Below the pieces are notes generated by a model. It did not search any database and was not told where the DNA came from. It worked only from the letters and a program-made list of their open reading frames with translations. The translations under genes were made by a program, and so were the position numbers. A stretch of 64,000 nucleotides of DNA from a virus (taxonomy: Duplodnaviria > Caudoviricetes): IMG/VR virus record IMGVR_UViG_3300015370_000516, positions 21,472 through 85,471 of that record. One strand, 5' to 3'. Numbering within the stretch: position 1 is the stretch's first letter; every line of letters starts with the position of its first letter. Below, one piece after another: positions 36,953-46,839 of this stretch.

Positions 36953-38948
36953 AGAGATTGAACAAATGGATGCACTCAGGTCAGCCGACTTGGAAGGTCA
37001 TGAGGTTGATCCGAGTGTCATTTGGGAAGAGGAGCCGGCTGCGTCCTTTAGGGAATTTAACGAATCCCAGGCGTATCTGGGGGCGTTTCCCCTATCCGGC
37101 AGGCAATACTACGACGTGGAGCAATTGGTGGGCTTAGAGCCTAAGAATACTTTTAATCCTAACCGTAAATACGATCAGCTTGTTCTGGTTTATGGCAAGG
37201 GTGGTGGCAAAGACGAGGTAGCTTCCAGAATTGCTCTGTATATCGTTCATCTGCTATTGTGCCTGCGCAGCCCACAAGAATATCTTTTAGGTATTCGCAG
37301 TCGTTCTAATTTACACTTGATTAACGTTGCCAAGAAGGGTAGACAGGCAGAAAAAGTATTTTTTCAATACTTTAAGAACAACTTGTTGGGGTCTCGTTGG
37401 TATAAAGACCGGTTTGATATCACGGAACGAAATCAATGGTATTCCAAGGTAGTCAAACGTTCTAAAGTACGTGGCAAGATTATAGTAACCGGAAACGGAA
37501 TTATTTTCCCAAAGAACATAGAGGCGGTTGCCGAAACGACCGAGAACGAATCTTGGGAAGGTTACAATCCGGTGCTTTACGTTCTGGATGAGATTTCTGG
37601 GTTCACTTCTGCGGTGGAACTGGAGAAGGCTTGGAAGATTTATAATACCGCCAAATCATCTACTGATAGCCGAGTAACTCGTAATTTCAAGGGTCTGGGT
37701 GTGGTAATGTCCTATCCACGCCAGGACGAAGGCGATGTTATTCTTGAACTGTTCAAACAATCTCAAGAGGGTGGTAGATGTTTTGGTAGTTTAGCTTATC
37801 CCTGGCAGTCTAAGGGTATGCACAATTTTTCAGCAGATACTTTTGTGCTGAGTCATCCTCGTATTAGTTCCTATTTTGATTTAGAGAGTTGTGGCATAGA
37901 GATTCCAGTAAATTTCTTAGGCTCTTTTGACTCTCACGACCCGCGTACTCTGGACGATTCTATAACCAAGTTTTTATGTATCCCCCCACCTACGTCTGGT
38001 GGGTGGCTGGAATACCCTGAACGAATTAAGCCTTTGATTTCCTCTAAGACAGATCCAGAATCACCGCGCCACAGGCTTCCCTTGTTTGAGACCCGCGATA
38101 TAATTGAGCATACCGCTGACCAGGACGGTAACGTAGTTCACTACTTGATTAAACAATTACAATACTGCCGAGCAAGATCGCCGTATGAACGTCTTGAGAT
38201 TCCTCGTGTAGCTTGGCTGGATGCTGCTCAGAAGCACTGTGATGCCGTACTTAGTATTGGGCATCTTGAGCAACGGGTGATTGATTCAGGTGGCCAAGCG
38301 GTTAGTATTGAGACTGTTGTGGTTGATGATGAGCTTACTTGGAGACCGGATGCCAGTCGGGGAATTCAAGTTTCATTAAGTAATATAGAACAATGGTTGA
38401 CTGTTATTATCCCAGATAGCATCCGTTTGGTTGCGGTTGGGGCAGATGCCTGGAACTCAGCTCATCTGGAGGAGAAACTTCGCAAACGTGGGATTAAGGT
38501 TGAAATTCATAATCTTAATTTAGAGGACTACGATTTGCTGAAACGGCAAATCTACTTAGGGGGCATGGATTTTATAGAAGGTGAAACCCCTGGGCAGCTT
38601 AGAAATCTTATCTATGCGGGTGTTAATCATAAGCCAGTTAGGAAGCCTGGCTTTCTTCAGGATTTAGCTGACGGGGTTTGTGGTTTAGTTCGTCTGCTGA
38701 CTGGCCGAGATGCTCGCGGACATCTATCCGCCGGCCGCCGAGCAATTGAATCTTTGCCGGTTCCGGTAATTGGGGGGATGTCTCCGGTATCAAATCCTAT
38801 GGATCGCATCGAAGGAGCTCCATCAATGGGGTCGGGTGGAATAAGAAATATACCACTGCCACGCGGATCGGGGGTACAACGATCTTCCACTCCACCAGCG
38901 CAAGGACCCAGCAGAGGATTGCCAAGACCGGTTACTTTGGGTAGGTAA
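36939..38948 (+). CDS. Terminase large subunit
   Basis: Walker A GKGGGKD, Walker B VLDEI, C-terminal RNase H-like nuclease (LDAAQKHCD, DAWNS, DLADGVCG). Confidence 0.88.
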   Translation: MASIKEIEQMDALRSADLEGHEVDPSVIWEEEPAASFREFNESQAYLGAFPLSGRQYYDVEQLVGLEPKNTFNPNRKYDQLVLVYGKGGGKDEVASRIALYIVHLLLCLRSPQEYLLGIRSRSNLHLINVAKKGRQAEKVFFQYFKNNLLGSRWYKDRFDITERNQWYSKVVKRSKVRGKIIVTGNGIIFPKNIEAVAETTENESWEGYNPVLYVLDEISGFTSAVELEKAWKIYNTAKSSTDSRVTRNFKGLGVVMSYPRQDEGDVILELFKQSQEGGRCFGSLAYPWQSKGMHNFSADTFVLSHPRISSYFDLESCGIEIPVNFLGSFDSHDPRTLDDSITKFLCIPPPTSGGWLEYPERIKPLISSKTDPESPRHRLPLFETRDIIEHTADQDGNVVHYLIKQLQYCRARSPYERLEIPRVAWLDAAQKHCDAVLSIGHLEQRVIDSGGQAVSIETVVVDDELTWRPDASRGIQVSLSNIEQWLTVIIPDSIRLVAVGADAWNSAHLEEKLRKRGIKVEIHNLNLEDYDLLKRQIYLGGMDFIEGETPGQLRNLIYAGVNHKPVRKPGFLQDLADGVCGLVRLLTGRDARGHLSAGRRAIESLPVPVIGGMSPVSNPMDRIEGAPSMGSGGIRNIPLPRGSGVQRSSTPPAQGPSRGLPRPVTLGR

Positions 38949-38978
38949 CAACTTGGCTTGGTTCATTTTGCACCTGAA

Positions 38979-38993
38979 TTTACTATAACCTAA
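38979..38993 (+). promoter_or_regulatory. TTTACTATAAYCTAA motif, candidate phage promoter
   Basis: Same 15-mer at 54899 and 63390, always intergenic. Confidence 0.6.
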
Positions 38994-38997
38994 AAGA

Positions 38998-39155
38998 GAA
39001 TCGTAAGAATGAGATGTTTCGATGTATTAGTTGTGGGTACACAGAGGATGCTGACCTCAATGCATCTCGAAACATTCTCAATAGATTCCTCTTCCAGGAA
39101 CATACAGACCCTGGGCAACAAGTTAAATCCTTGGTATGTTAAGGAGATAATTCCG
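38998..39155 (+). ncRNA. Orphan tnpB 3'-end / omega-RNA-like unit (copy B)
   Basis: Translates as NRKNEMFRCISCGYTEDADLNASRNILNRF; homologous to copy A; ends tgttaaggagataattccg. Confidence 0.65.
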
Positions 39156-39697
39156 TGTCCAATGCTGGGTTAATAGCCCCTGATGGCACTCCGGTCACTG
39201 TAGATGAGACTACCGGCAACGTGGTGCGCGTTCCTGATCCTACAATAGAAGCTGCCAAGCGTTCATGGTCTGATCTTGGTTATCTTGCTGAATGTTTTAG
39301 CAATTTCTTAATGGCGATTCAGAAAGGCATTCCAAAGGATTATCATTATAAGGATAAGCTGGATTGGGTTTCAGCGGGAGCTCCGCGTTGGTGTGACAAG
39401 GACGTTTTTGAGTCTTGGCTTAAAGACCAAGAGGCTATGTTAGAATGGCGGTTGGTTGAGCTGGAACAAAAGTTTGGCTCTGGAAAACCAGCGGATCTTC
39501 AGTTAATAAAAATGCTTGATGGTGGGGAATTATCTGATTCAGCCCCGTTTCTGGGTAGGCGGATTAGCGCGGAGCATCGAGAAATCTATGAATGGATTCT
39601 GCGCAAATCACAGGAGGCAATCAAAAAATACAAACTTGGTGCTTACTGCTTAAACGATGTAGTAATTGAATTTCAGAGATTGAACGATGCCGCGTAG
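39155..39697 (+). CDS. Hypothetical protein, first gene of the head cluster
   Basis: GTG start with AAGGAG SD. Confidence 0.6.
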   Translation: MSNAGLIAPDGTPVTVDETTGNVVRVPDPTIEAAKRSWSDLGYLAECFSNFLMAIQKGIPKDYHYKDKLDWVSAGAPRWCDKDVFESWLKDQEAMLEWRLVELEQKFGSGKPADLQLIKMLDGGELSDSAPFLGRRISAEHREIYEWILRKSQEAIKKYKLGAYCLNDVVIEFQRLNDAA

Positions 39698-40163
39698 CAT
39701 TAAACAAGGATCTTCCAGAGCCCTGGATGAAAAGTTAGTTCGTGGTGGTGGCATTACCCAGGCAGTTCGTATAGACGGGGAGGTACGCCATATACCGGTT
39801 GCTCCAGATAGTTTATCGGGGTATGAAGAAGATCTGTCAGAGGGTTTAGATGATCCCAATATTTTAGATGATCCCAGAAGAACGGGGGTTGGTGAGCATT
39901 TATATCATGATTCTCCAGGAGCAGCGTTACCTTCTGATGGATTTAGTCTTGATGGCTTTCGCCGTCAGCAGTCCAACAGTCAATTAGCTCAGATTATAAA
40001 CCAGGCGGTTAATGAAATTGTAGCTCAACAAGGAGACATATACTTTATGGGGTGGGAACAGGATGATGAATTTGTGCAGGTTACTACGGACTTGGTATTG
40101 GCCTCTTTTGATTTCAATCGAGAAGAGGTTATAAGAGCTATTCGTTCTCGGAGGGTTAGATGA
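39687..40163 (+). CDS. Hypothetical protein
   Basis: 158 aa, overlapping and coupled. Confidence 0.6.
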   Translation: MPRSIKQGSSRALDEKLVRGGGITQAVRIDGEVRHIPVAPDSLSGYEEDLSEGLDDPNILDDPRRTGVGEHLYHDSPGAALPSDGFSLDGFRRQQSNSQLAQIINQAVNEIVAQQGDIYFMGWEQDDEFVQVTTDLVLASFDFNREEVIRAIRSRRVR

Positions 40164-40552
40164 TTGTTCCTGGTCTTTCTGAGTTAGAAGCGGTTGACCC
40201 GCGTATTATGAACAAGATTGTTGATGTTGTTTATGGATTGCTGCGTGGTAGACGCTTCTGTTCCCCAGTGGCATTTAATCTTAAGCGTATCAGGTTTAGT
40301 AGTTTCTATGCTGACGGTACTGCCGATGGTGGGTCTATGGAATGGTCTATAGACGTTCAGCCCATCGAGGCAGATTATACACTTACGGCTTACGTAGATG
40401 TCGACTGGATCGGTGATATAGTCAAAATTCCGGCAATTTTTAGGGATAGTCTGGGCAAGCAACGGGGATTTTCTGAGGTATCTCTCAAACGCTTTCTGTA
40501 CGCTGGGGCGGACTTGTCTGAAAGCGTTCCACCAATAAGGCCAAGACACTGA
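40160..40552 (+). CDS. Hypothetical protein
   Basis: 130 aa, coupled to the portal gene. Confidence 0.6.
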   Translation: MIVPGLSELEAVDPRIMNKIVDVVYGLLRGRRFCSPVAFNLKRIRFSSFYADGTADGGSMEWSIDVQPIEADYTLTAYVDVDWIGDIVKIPAIFRDSLGKQRGFSEVSLKRFLYAGADLSESVPPIRPRH

Positions 40553-43500
40553 TGCCGCTGATCAAAACAAATCTGGGTGAGGAATTTAAGAGGGCGAGAA
40601 CCGGGGCTGAATCAGGCCAACTCCAAAATGTCATAGCTGCCCCGATGCCTCTTATGGTAAGAGGTGGCCCCGGCAAAGCGGCTTCTATGTCTCGTACTGC
40701 CGTAGATGTTGAAAAGTTATCCCCCTTGATACGTGACCCACGTCTAAGCCCAGATAATTTCTATTTGCCTTATTATGACCCTACCAGTGGAGAGCCTTCA
40801 GCTATATTAAATGAATGGATTTCTTACTATTATCGGTATCAGCCTTTGGTGGGCAACGCCATAGACATTCATTCCCAACTACCCATCTCTCGCTTTGGGC
40901 TAACAGGTGTGCAGGATCCAGCTATTATGCGGGTTTACGAGGAAACCGCAGAGGACTTGAATCTCATTGAGAATATGTACTATTTTCTACATTGTTGGTT
41001 TCTGTTTGGCGAGGTCATGCCTTATTTTTGGTGGTCAGAGAAATATAATCGTTTTGTACACATGACATTTATTGATACTTCCAAGGTAAGAGTATTGGGG
41101 CATTATCTTTCCTTCTCGGACGAAGGGGATTCCACCTTTCGGTATGAATTAATGCCTGATGATTGCTTAAGACATTTAGTCAATTCTTCTGACTCCTACG
41201 ACCGAGAAATTATAAGAAATTTGGATCCGGTGATAGTTAGTGCTGTACGGAGAGGCATGAACTTGGAGTTAGACAATTTCAGCACCGAGTTGATTGCCAG
41301 TACTTCTAACCCCTGGGAGATTCGGGGAACTCCGTTGTTGCTTGGAATACTCAAAGATTTGGTCTATGGAGATACTTTGAGGATGGCGCAGACCGCTGTG
41401 GCACAGCGGCTTATAACTCCAATATGGTTGTGGAAATTAGGCACACCTGGACCAGATGGGTATATGCCCACAGATTCAGACTTGCAAGCCTTCCGAGAGA
41501 CGCTCATTGCTGCTAACGAAGATCCCTCCTTTACGATTGTCAGTCACTATGCTGTCACTGCCGAGGTTATCGGGGCTGCTGGTAAGATACTTCCGATAAC
41601 TAATGAATTGACTTGGGTGGATAAGCGGATAATGACCAGGCTGTTCACTAATGAGGCGATAACTACGGGTCAGGGCCCTACGTTTGCTACTGCCTCAATA
41701 GCTCTGCGGGCGCTGATGAGCCGGTATCTTCCTATTAGGGCGATGATGGAGCGGGTATTCAAGCGCAAGGTATTTTTGCCAATAGCGTTAGCAAATGGCT
41801 TTTTGGACAAGGATGGGAATCCAATTATACCAGACTTTAACTGGAGGCATAAGCAGAGCTTACTTGATGATTCCAGCATTCGATCCTCTCTTTTAGAGTT
41901 GCGCAGGAACGGTGAGATGCCTTTAAAGGTTATTGCCGATTCTATGGATTTGGATTATGAAGAAATGCTTATGTGGCTTGAGAAAGAGCAGGGTACTATT
42001 GTGGACCGCCCACTTTACCAGGCCAGAACAACTTTTGTAGCTAATGCAGTTGCTCAAGCTAAAGAGGGATTCAAGGGGCTATTGGAAGTTGTCAAGAGTA
42101 CGTTCTTACGTAGTTCTCAGGAAGAGACGGTTAAAGAGGATGATAAAGGCAAGAGCGTTCCGGATGGTTATGACGCTGATCAGAATGCAACTTTACCGCA
42201 GCCAGGTACAAGTGATAATTTAGGGGCTCCTAATGTTCCCAAAGGAGATAGCCCACGCGCAAAGCCACCCCAAAAACCCAAAGATCCAACTGGTCCAACT
42301 CAAGCCCCAGTAGGTGGGGAAACTGGTGAAAGGGTACTTGGTAGATCATTCTTGCGAGATAAACAAATCCAGCGGGCAAGAAAACCATCCAATTACCAAC
42401 CTTTTGTAGTTAAACAAAGTCAACGGACTTCCGAGCAACAGGTAGAGCCTATTAATGATTGGCAGGAGCGCCTATTAACTTCTCCGATGGATCGGAGTTG
42501 CCAAGACAGTGTGCTTGGTGCTGAGAATCATATTCTCAATGTGTATACTCAGATGGGAGATGATTTCGCTCGGCGTTTAGTGGATACGTGGAAGAGCAAA
42601 GGCAATGTTTCCCTCTCTGATTTTGAACATGCTGTACGTGATAGTATTTCTCAGGTTAATGATCAATCGGCCACAGATTTTAGAGATCGATTGGTCTATC
42701 TATATGAGAAATCACAGGCAGCGGTTACAGAACAATTAAAGCGTTCCGGGAGGGGCAGACGTTATCTTGGTCGTCGGGCAGCATTGCAAGATGATCGCCA
42801 GCGTAATATGGAAGATGCTTTAGACGGTGCTTTTTCCAGGGTAACTACGGTATCCTCCGAAGTCTTAGATAAGTTGCGGGATATGTTGCATGCTAATCAG
42901 GAGAGCATACCAGCCGACGTTGTTAGTACACTTTTTGCAGAATTGGACATGGCTGGTGTGGAGAATCTGTCTGAAGCTGACTTGATCGCCAAGTTCAAGG
43001 AAATATGGGATAAACAACGTTACATCTATCAGCGGATTGTAAGAACAGAAACCATTAATATGTACAGCCACGCAAGTCTTATGGAGTGGCACGATGCTGG
43101 CTATAAGCGAGTTACTCGCAGAGAGATTAACGACTTTCGCACTTGTGGGTATTGTCGTGCCTTAGATGGTCTGGACTTTGATTTGAATAAGTTGCTCGAA
43201 CTGGACTATCCTTTGATTCAGAATCCTGATACTAAGGCTTATGACGGTCATCCTCAATGTCGCGGTTATTTTCTACCATCATTATCCATAGATGACTGGG
43301 ATGAATTCGTACTGCCGCCTGGTGCTAATTTTGATAATGTAGAAGATATATCTATTGGAAATACCCAAGTTACTGGTGCACCTGTTGGGATAGCTGATGC
43401 GATTACAGAAGCACTTCAGGAAAACGACATTCAAAAGTCTGTGAGCATAGTTCCCGACGTGGTAGATACTCCGGCGTGGTTAGATAGTGAACGTCAACGG

Positions 43501-43986
43501 ATTCTGCGGGAGATCGAGGATTCTGGGAAAGCCAGGCCATCAAACATGCAGCTTGATTTGATGGTGGACGAGTTAAGAGAAGATCAGCGAGGTAATATCG
43601 CTCTGTACGAGTTGCCCAACGGAGATGCTTTAGTTTCAGGGTTTTCTTTCTATGCTGATGATCCTCATTGGTTTGTAGTTCGTGAACAGGCTAAGAAGCA
43701 GTGGGAGACTTTGACAGAAATTCAGAAAAGCACTGTGCAGCAGCTTTATGATTATAAAATTGTTGAGAGTAAGTCTACCATAGACATGGACGGGGTAGAA
43801 ATCATTGGCGGTACGTCCGGTGGTTTTCCCAAAGGCTTTATCACCCCGGCAGCCAGTCAGGACGTTCTTAACTACTTTGTGGAATCAAGTTTTCTCTATC
43901 AGGAAGATTCCTATAAACTGGAATTCCTGGATCCTCCAATGTATCAATTCTTGCGTGATGAGATATTTATCAAGGAGTATCGTTGA
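40552..43986 (+). CDS. Portal protein fused to a MuF (SPP1 gp7-like) minor head domain and a degenerate zincin-like C-terminal domain
   Basis: Portal-like NAIDIHSQLP, WCLFGEV-like and GTPLLLGILKDL segments; Pro-rich linker; MuF RIVRTET...RTCGYCRALDG...HPQCR; C-terminal NYFVESSFLY...DPPMYQFL. Confidence 0.75.
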   Translation: MPLIKTNLGEEFKRARTGAESGQLQNVIAAPMPLMVRGGPGKAASMSRTAVDVEKLSPLIRDPRLSPDNFYLPYYDPTSGEPSAILNEWISYYYRYQPLVGNAIDIHSQLPISRFGLTGVQDPAIMRVYEETAEDLNLIENMYYFLHCWFLFGEVMPYFWWSEKYNRFVHMTFIDTSKVRVLGHYLSFSDEGDSTFRYELMPDDCLRHLVNSSDSYDREIIRNLDPVIVSAVRRGMNLELDNFSTELIASTSNPWEIRGTPLLLGILKDLVYGDTLRMAQTAVAQRLITPIWLWKLGTPGPDGYMPTDSDLQAFRETLIAANEDPSFTIVSHYAVTAEVIGAAGKILPITNELTWVDKRIMTRLFTNEAITTGQGPTFATASIALRALMSRYLPIRAMMERVFKRKVFLPIALANGFLDKDGNPIIPDFNWRHKQSLLDDSSIRSSLLELRRNGEMPLKVIADSMDLDYEEMLMWLEKEQGTIVDRPLYQARTTFVANAVAQAKEGFKGLLEVVKSTFLRSSQEETVKEDDKGKSVPDGYDADQNATLPQPGTSDNLGAPNVPKGDSPRAKPPQKPKDPTGPTQAPVGGETGERVLGRSFLRDKQIQRARKPSNYQPFVVKQSQRTSEQQVEPINDWQERLLTSPMDRSCQDSVLGAENHILNVYTQMGDDFARRLVDTWKSKGNVSLSDFEHAVRDSISQVNDQSATDFRDRLVYLYEKSQAAVTEQLKRSGRGRRYLGRRAALQDDRQRNMEDALDGAFSRVTTVSSEVLDKLRDMLHANQESIPADVVSTLFAELDMAGVENLSEADLIAKFKEIWDKQRYIYQRIVRTETINMYSHASLMEWHDAGYKRVTRREINDFRTCGYCRALDGLDFDLNKLLELDYPLIQNPDTKAYDGHPQCRGYFLPSLSIDDWDEFVLPPGANFDNVEDISIGNTQVTGAPVGIADAITEALQENDIQKSVSIVPDVVDTPAWLDSERQRILREIEDSGKARPSNMQLDLMVDELREDQRGNIALYELPNGDALVSGFSFYADDPHWFVVREQAKKQWETLTEIQKSTVQQLYDYKIVESKSTIDMDGVEIIGGTSGGFPKGFITPAASQDVLNYFVESSFLYQEDSYKLEFLDPPMYQFLRDEIFIKEYR

Positions 43987-44339
43987 TGCTGTGGCAATTT
44001 GCCGTTCTAAACGAGGGTGAACGTGAAGCCCCGCTGGGCATTGTTGTTCACCAGATTGGCCATGTCCCCAAATGGATTACTACCAACAAGCAAGCCGAAA
44101 CGGTTTTTGGGGTATTGTTTAATCGTGATACGGTTTATGCTAATGTCTTGGGTCCTGGCGGGTCTTACTCCAGAGTAAAAAAGACTTATAGCGATGCAGA
44201 CTATTTGGATTATGCAAGTACCAAAGTGAGTCTGCCAACGTACATACAAATACGAGGAAGTTGGAACACGGAAGTATCAGATTTAGATCAAGTACTGAAA
44301 CAGTTGAGCGTTAAATTTCTCGGAGACGATCATGTCTAA
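43983..44339 (+). CDS. Small hypothetical protein downstream of the portal-MuF fusion
   Basis: 118 aa, overlapping stop/start. Confidence 0.6.
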   Translation: MMLWQFAVLNEGEREAPLGIVVHQIGHVPKWITTNKQAETVFGVLFNRDTVYANVLGPGGSYSRVKKTYSDADYLDYASTKVSLPTYIQIRGSWNTEVSDLDQVLKQLSVKFLGDDHV

Positions 44340-45174
44340 GACTCTGGCTGGTATAGATGTACGGGACTTGAGTCGGCTATCTGACGGAACTGCTTTGAAT
44401 TTGGTTGAAGAAGTAGTTTCCTTTGTGCGCCAAGCTACTGGACGTCGTGGTAATAGTTTGGTGTCATTGCTTGATGTCATTGATGACGTCGTAGCTGCTA
44501 CCGGATGCCCACCTGGGGAGGTACAGAGTGCGTTTGACATTGCTTATCAGGATCATCGTATTATCATTGACAAGGATGGCTACGTGCGTCTGGTTGACGG
44601 GCGGAAGCGCCGGTCGGCTATGCTAAGAACTCCGGATTCACAGGTGCTTGATGTTGATTTATGGCATAAGGCTAAAAAACAGATAGGTATTTCACCTGGG
44701 AGTAAGGATTACTGGAAGAAGGTCTTGGGGTTGTATTCAGCTTCCGGCGGTAAATTTATAGGCCCTCCGCCAACTTGTAGAACTGCTGTTTTACACAGCA
44801 TGGTGTCTCATTTTCAAATTCCTATTTGGGTTAAGGATGCCCAAATTTGGTCTAAGGCACTGCTGGAGAATAATCCCGAAGATACTTTATACTGGGGTAA
44901 GGTACATCTTGCCTATCTGAGGGCAGGTGGTAGGGTTGCTGAGGTGCATAGTAAGTCTGCACAGATTCAGCCACGCCCTTTTGACGTGCATCCTCCTATT
45001 TGGACAGTGACCACGGACGGTTTCTTGTCCAGAGATTTAGCCGCTATCCAAGCATTTATCGGGGATGGGGTGGAACCGGAAGATTTGGTATCTGAATTGG
45101 TATCAGTTGGGGCTTCTAATGTAGATGCAAGACGGATTGTTACCGAGGCGTTGGAGGGTCCGATTCTGATTTGA
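44332..45174 (+). CDS. Hypothetical protein with an internal duplicated motif
   Basis: W.KA...P....YW.KV...Y...GG occurs twice. Confidence 0.6.
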   Translation: MSKTLAGIDVRDLSRLSDGTALNLVEEVVSFVRQATGRRGNSLVSLLDVIDDVVAATGCPPGEVQSAFDIAYQDHRIIIDKDGYVRLVDGRKRRSAMLRTPDSQVLDVDLWHKAKKQIGISPGSKDYWKKVLGLYSASGGKFIGPPPTCRTAVLHSMVSHFQIPIWVKDAQIWSKALLENNPEDTLYWGKVHLAYLRAGGRVAEVHSKSAQIQPRPFDVHPPIWTVTTDGFLSRDLAAIQAFIGDGVEPEDLVSELVSVGASNVDARRIVTEALEGPILI

Positions 45175-45185
45175 TAAAAAAGTGC

Positions 45186-45214
45186 TTGTATTTTTAATAG
45201 GAATTGGCTAAATT
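45186..45214 (+). promoter_or_regulatory. Sigma70-like promoter of the glycosylation cluster
   Basis: TTGTAT-N17-TAAATT. Confidence 0.65.
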
Positions 45215-45242
45215 AACTTGAGAGGATACTGAGGAGACATTT

Positions 45243-46025
45243 GTGTGGTGTAATTGTGATAAACCAGAAGTTGACATTTTTGTAACCACCTGTAATCATG
45301 CTTCCTGGATTGAGAAGGCTATGGCCAGCGCCGCTGATCAGGAGTTCAGACGCGCACATAATATTTATCTTTATGATGATCATTCCACAAAAGAAGCCTT
45401 TCACCCCATTTCTGGTCTAAAATTAGGTGGGGCGCGCCAGGTGCTATGGAAACTTCAGGAGGTAGGTTTTGACGTTGTTATTTCCAGAGATAACGTCGGA
45501 GTGTGTAAAGCTCGTAATGATTTGGCTAAACGCGGCTCAGCTCCATGGATGCTATTTTTGGATGGAGATGATTATATTGACAGTAAATTTTTGGAGATGG
45601 TGTGGCGTAAGGCGCAGACCGAGCAAGCTGACGTTGTTTATCCTAAAGTAGCTATATTTACGGATCAGGGTTTAGCTCAGCATGGGACTATTGACCAAGG
45701 GGTTGAGTTTGATCGGGTCAGGTTATTGCGCAGTAACTATATTCCGGTAACGGCTTTAATACGCCGGGAGCTTTTTTTATCTTGTAACGGCTTTGATGAG
45801 AATATGAAGTATGGCTTCGAAGATTGGTCCCTATGGATCACTCTTTTGGGTCTGGGGGCTAAATTCGTTTTTGAACCTGCTGCTGTGCTGTACTACAGAC
45901 ACCACGCAGCAGCCAGAAGCCACACCGCAAATGCTAAGTTTAGGGAAATTTTTGAGTATATTAAGGCTGACCACGCCGAACTGTACAATATGATTATGCA
46001 ACCCAGAGTTGAATGGTTGGAGTAA
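45243..46025 (+). CDS. Glycosyltransferase family 2
   Basis: YLYDDHS, NVGVCKARN, LFLDGDD, GFEDWSLW. Confidence 0.92.
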   Translation: MWCNCDKPEVDIFVTTCNHASWIEKAMASAADQEFRRAHNIYLYDDHSTKEAFHPISGLKLGGARQVLWKLQEVGFDVVISRDNVGVCKARNDLAKRGSAPWMLFLDGDDYIDSKFLEMVWRKAQTEQADVVYPKVAIFTDQGLAQHGTIDQGVEFDRVRLLRSNYIPVTALIRRELFLSCNGFDENMKYGFEDWSLWITLLGLGAKFVFEPAAVLYYRHHAAARSHTANAKFREIFEYIKADHAELYNMIMQPRVEWLE

Positions 46026-46047
46026 CCCACTGACCAGAAGGATTTCG

Positions 46048-46839
46048 ATGGAACAGGCTTATCTGTCAGACGTTAATCTATTCAAAAGCCCATCTTCCCA
46101 GAGTGATATGTTCGATGTTCCTATTAAAGGTCACCACGCCTTTGCCAGTGTAGTGGGCACATTCTTTAATATTCTGGGAGCCAGGGTAGTGTCTGGTGAG
46201 TTGTTAGCTACCTGCAATGGTTTTACTCTATGCCCTGATTTAGTTGTAAGAGATGCTTGTACCGTATTAGAAGTTAAGGCAGCGTCTACCAAGACTATGT
46301 TCAGAGTGGCAGTGGAGCAGCTTAACAAGTATAAGGAATTAGGTTCTCGTGGGTTTAGGGTCTTGTACGCTTTATTTGAACATGGGATGCGGGACGGTTT
46401 TAAACGGCTGCCACAAAAAACTATAAAATCGGCTATGGGGCAATTGGCGTTGAACACGCGATTTCTACTGGTGCTGGATCTTTCCATAATTTGTAGAGGA
46501 TTGGAGATTGCCAGAAGTACAGATAATCCCAGAATGGCATTTGTTGAAGAGGGTGTTTTCTATGGCGCTCACTTGAGCTTATCGCATACCAAAGTTCGTA
46601 AGTTTTTGAATACCCCGGTACAGGCATTAGCTGAGTTGGGGCTTTCTTTGTCTGATTACTTTACGATTCAGAGCGCAGTTACTGGGGTCAGCGTGGGCGA
46701 TTTTGGAGTGTCTGATTTCCCTATAACTTACATCTTGAGAAAGGATCAGTTGACTAAGAAGAAAACACCCATGAGTGCCAAGGAAATAGAAATACTTATA
46801 GGACCAGCAGAGCCACAGGTGGACAATGCCCCATTTTAG
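46048..46839 (+). CDS. PD-(D/E)xK nuclease-like protein
   Basis: CPDLVV...LEVKAAS...EQLNKY. Confidence 0.6.
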   Translation: MEQAYLSDVNLFKSPSSQSDMFDVPIKGHHAFASVVGTFFNILGARVVSGELLATCNGFTLCPDLVVRDACTVLEVKAASTKTMFRVAVEQLNKYKELGSRGFRVLYALFEHGMRDGFKRLPQKTIKSAMGQLALNTRFLLVLDLSIICRGLEIARSTDNPRMAFVEEGVFYGAHLSLSHTKVRKFLNTPVQALAELGLSLSDYFTIQSAVTGVSVGDFGVSDFPITYILRKDQLTKKKTPMSAKEIEILIGPAEPQVDNAPF

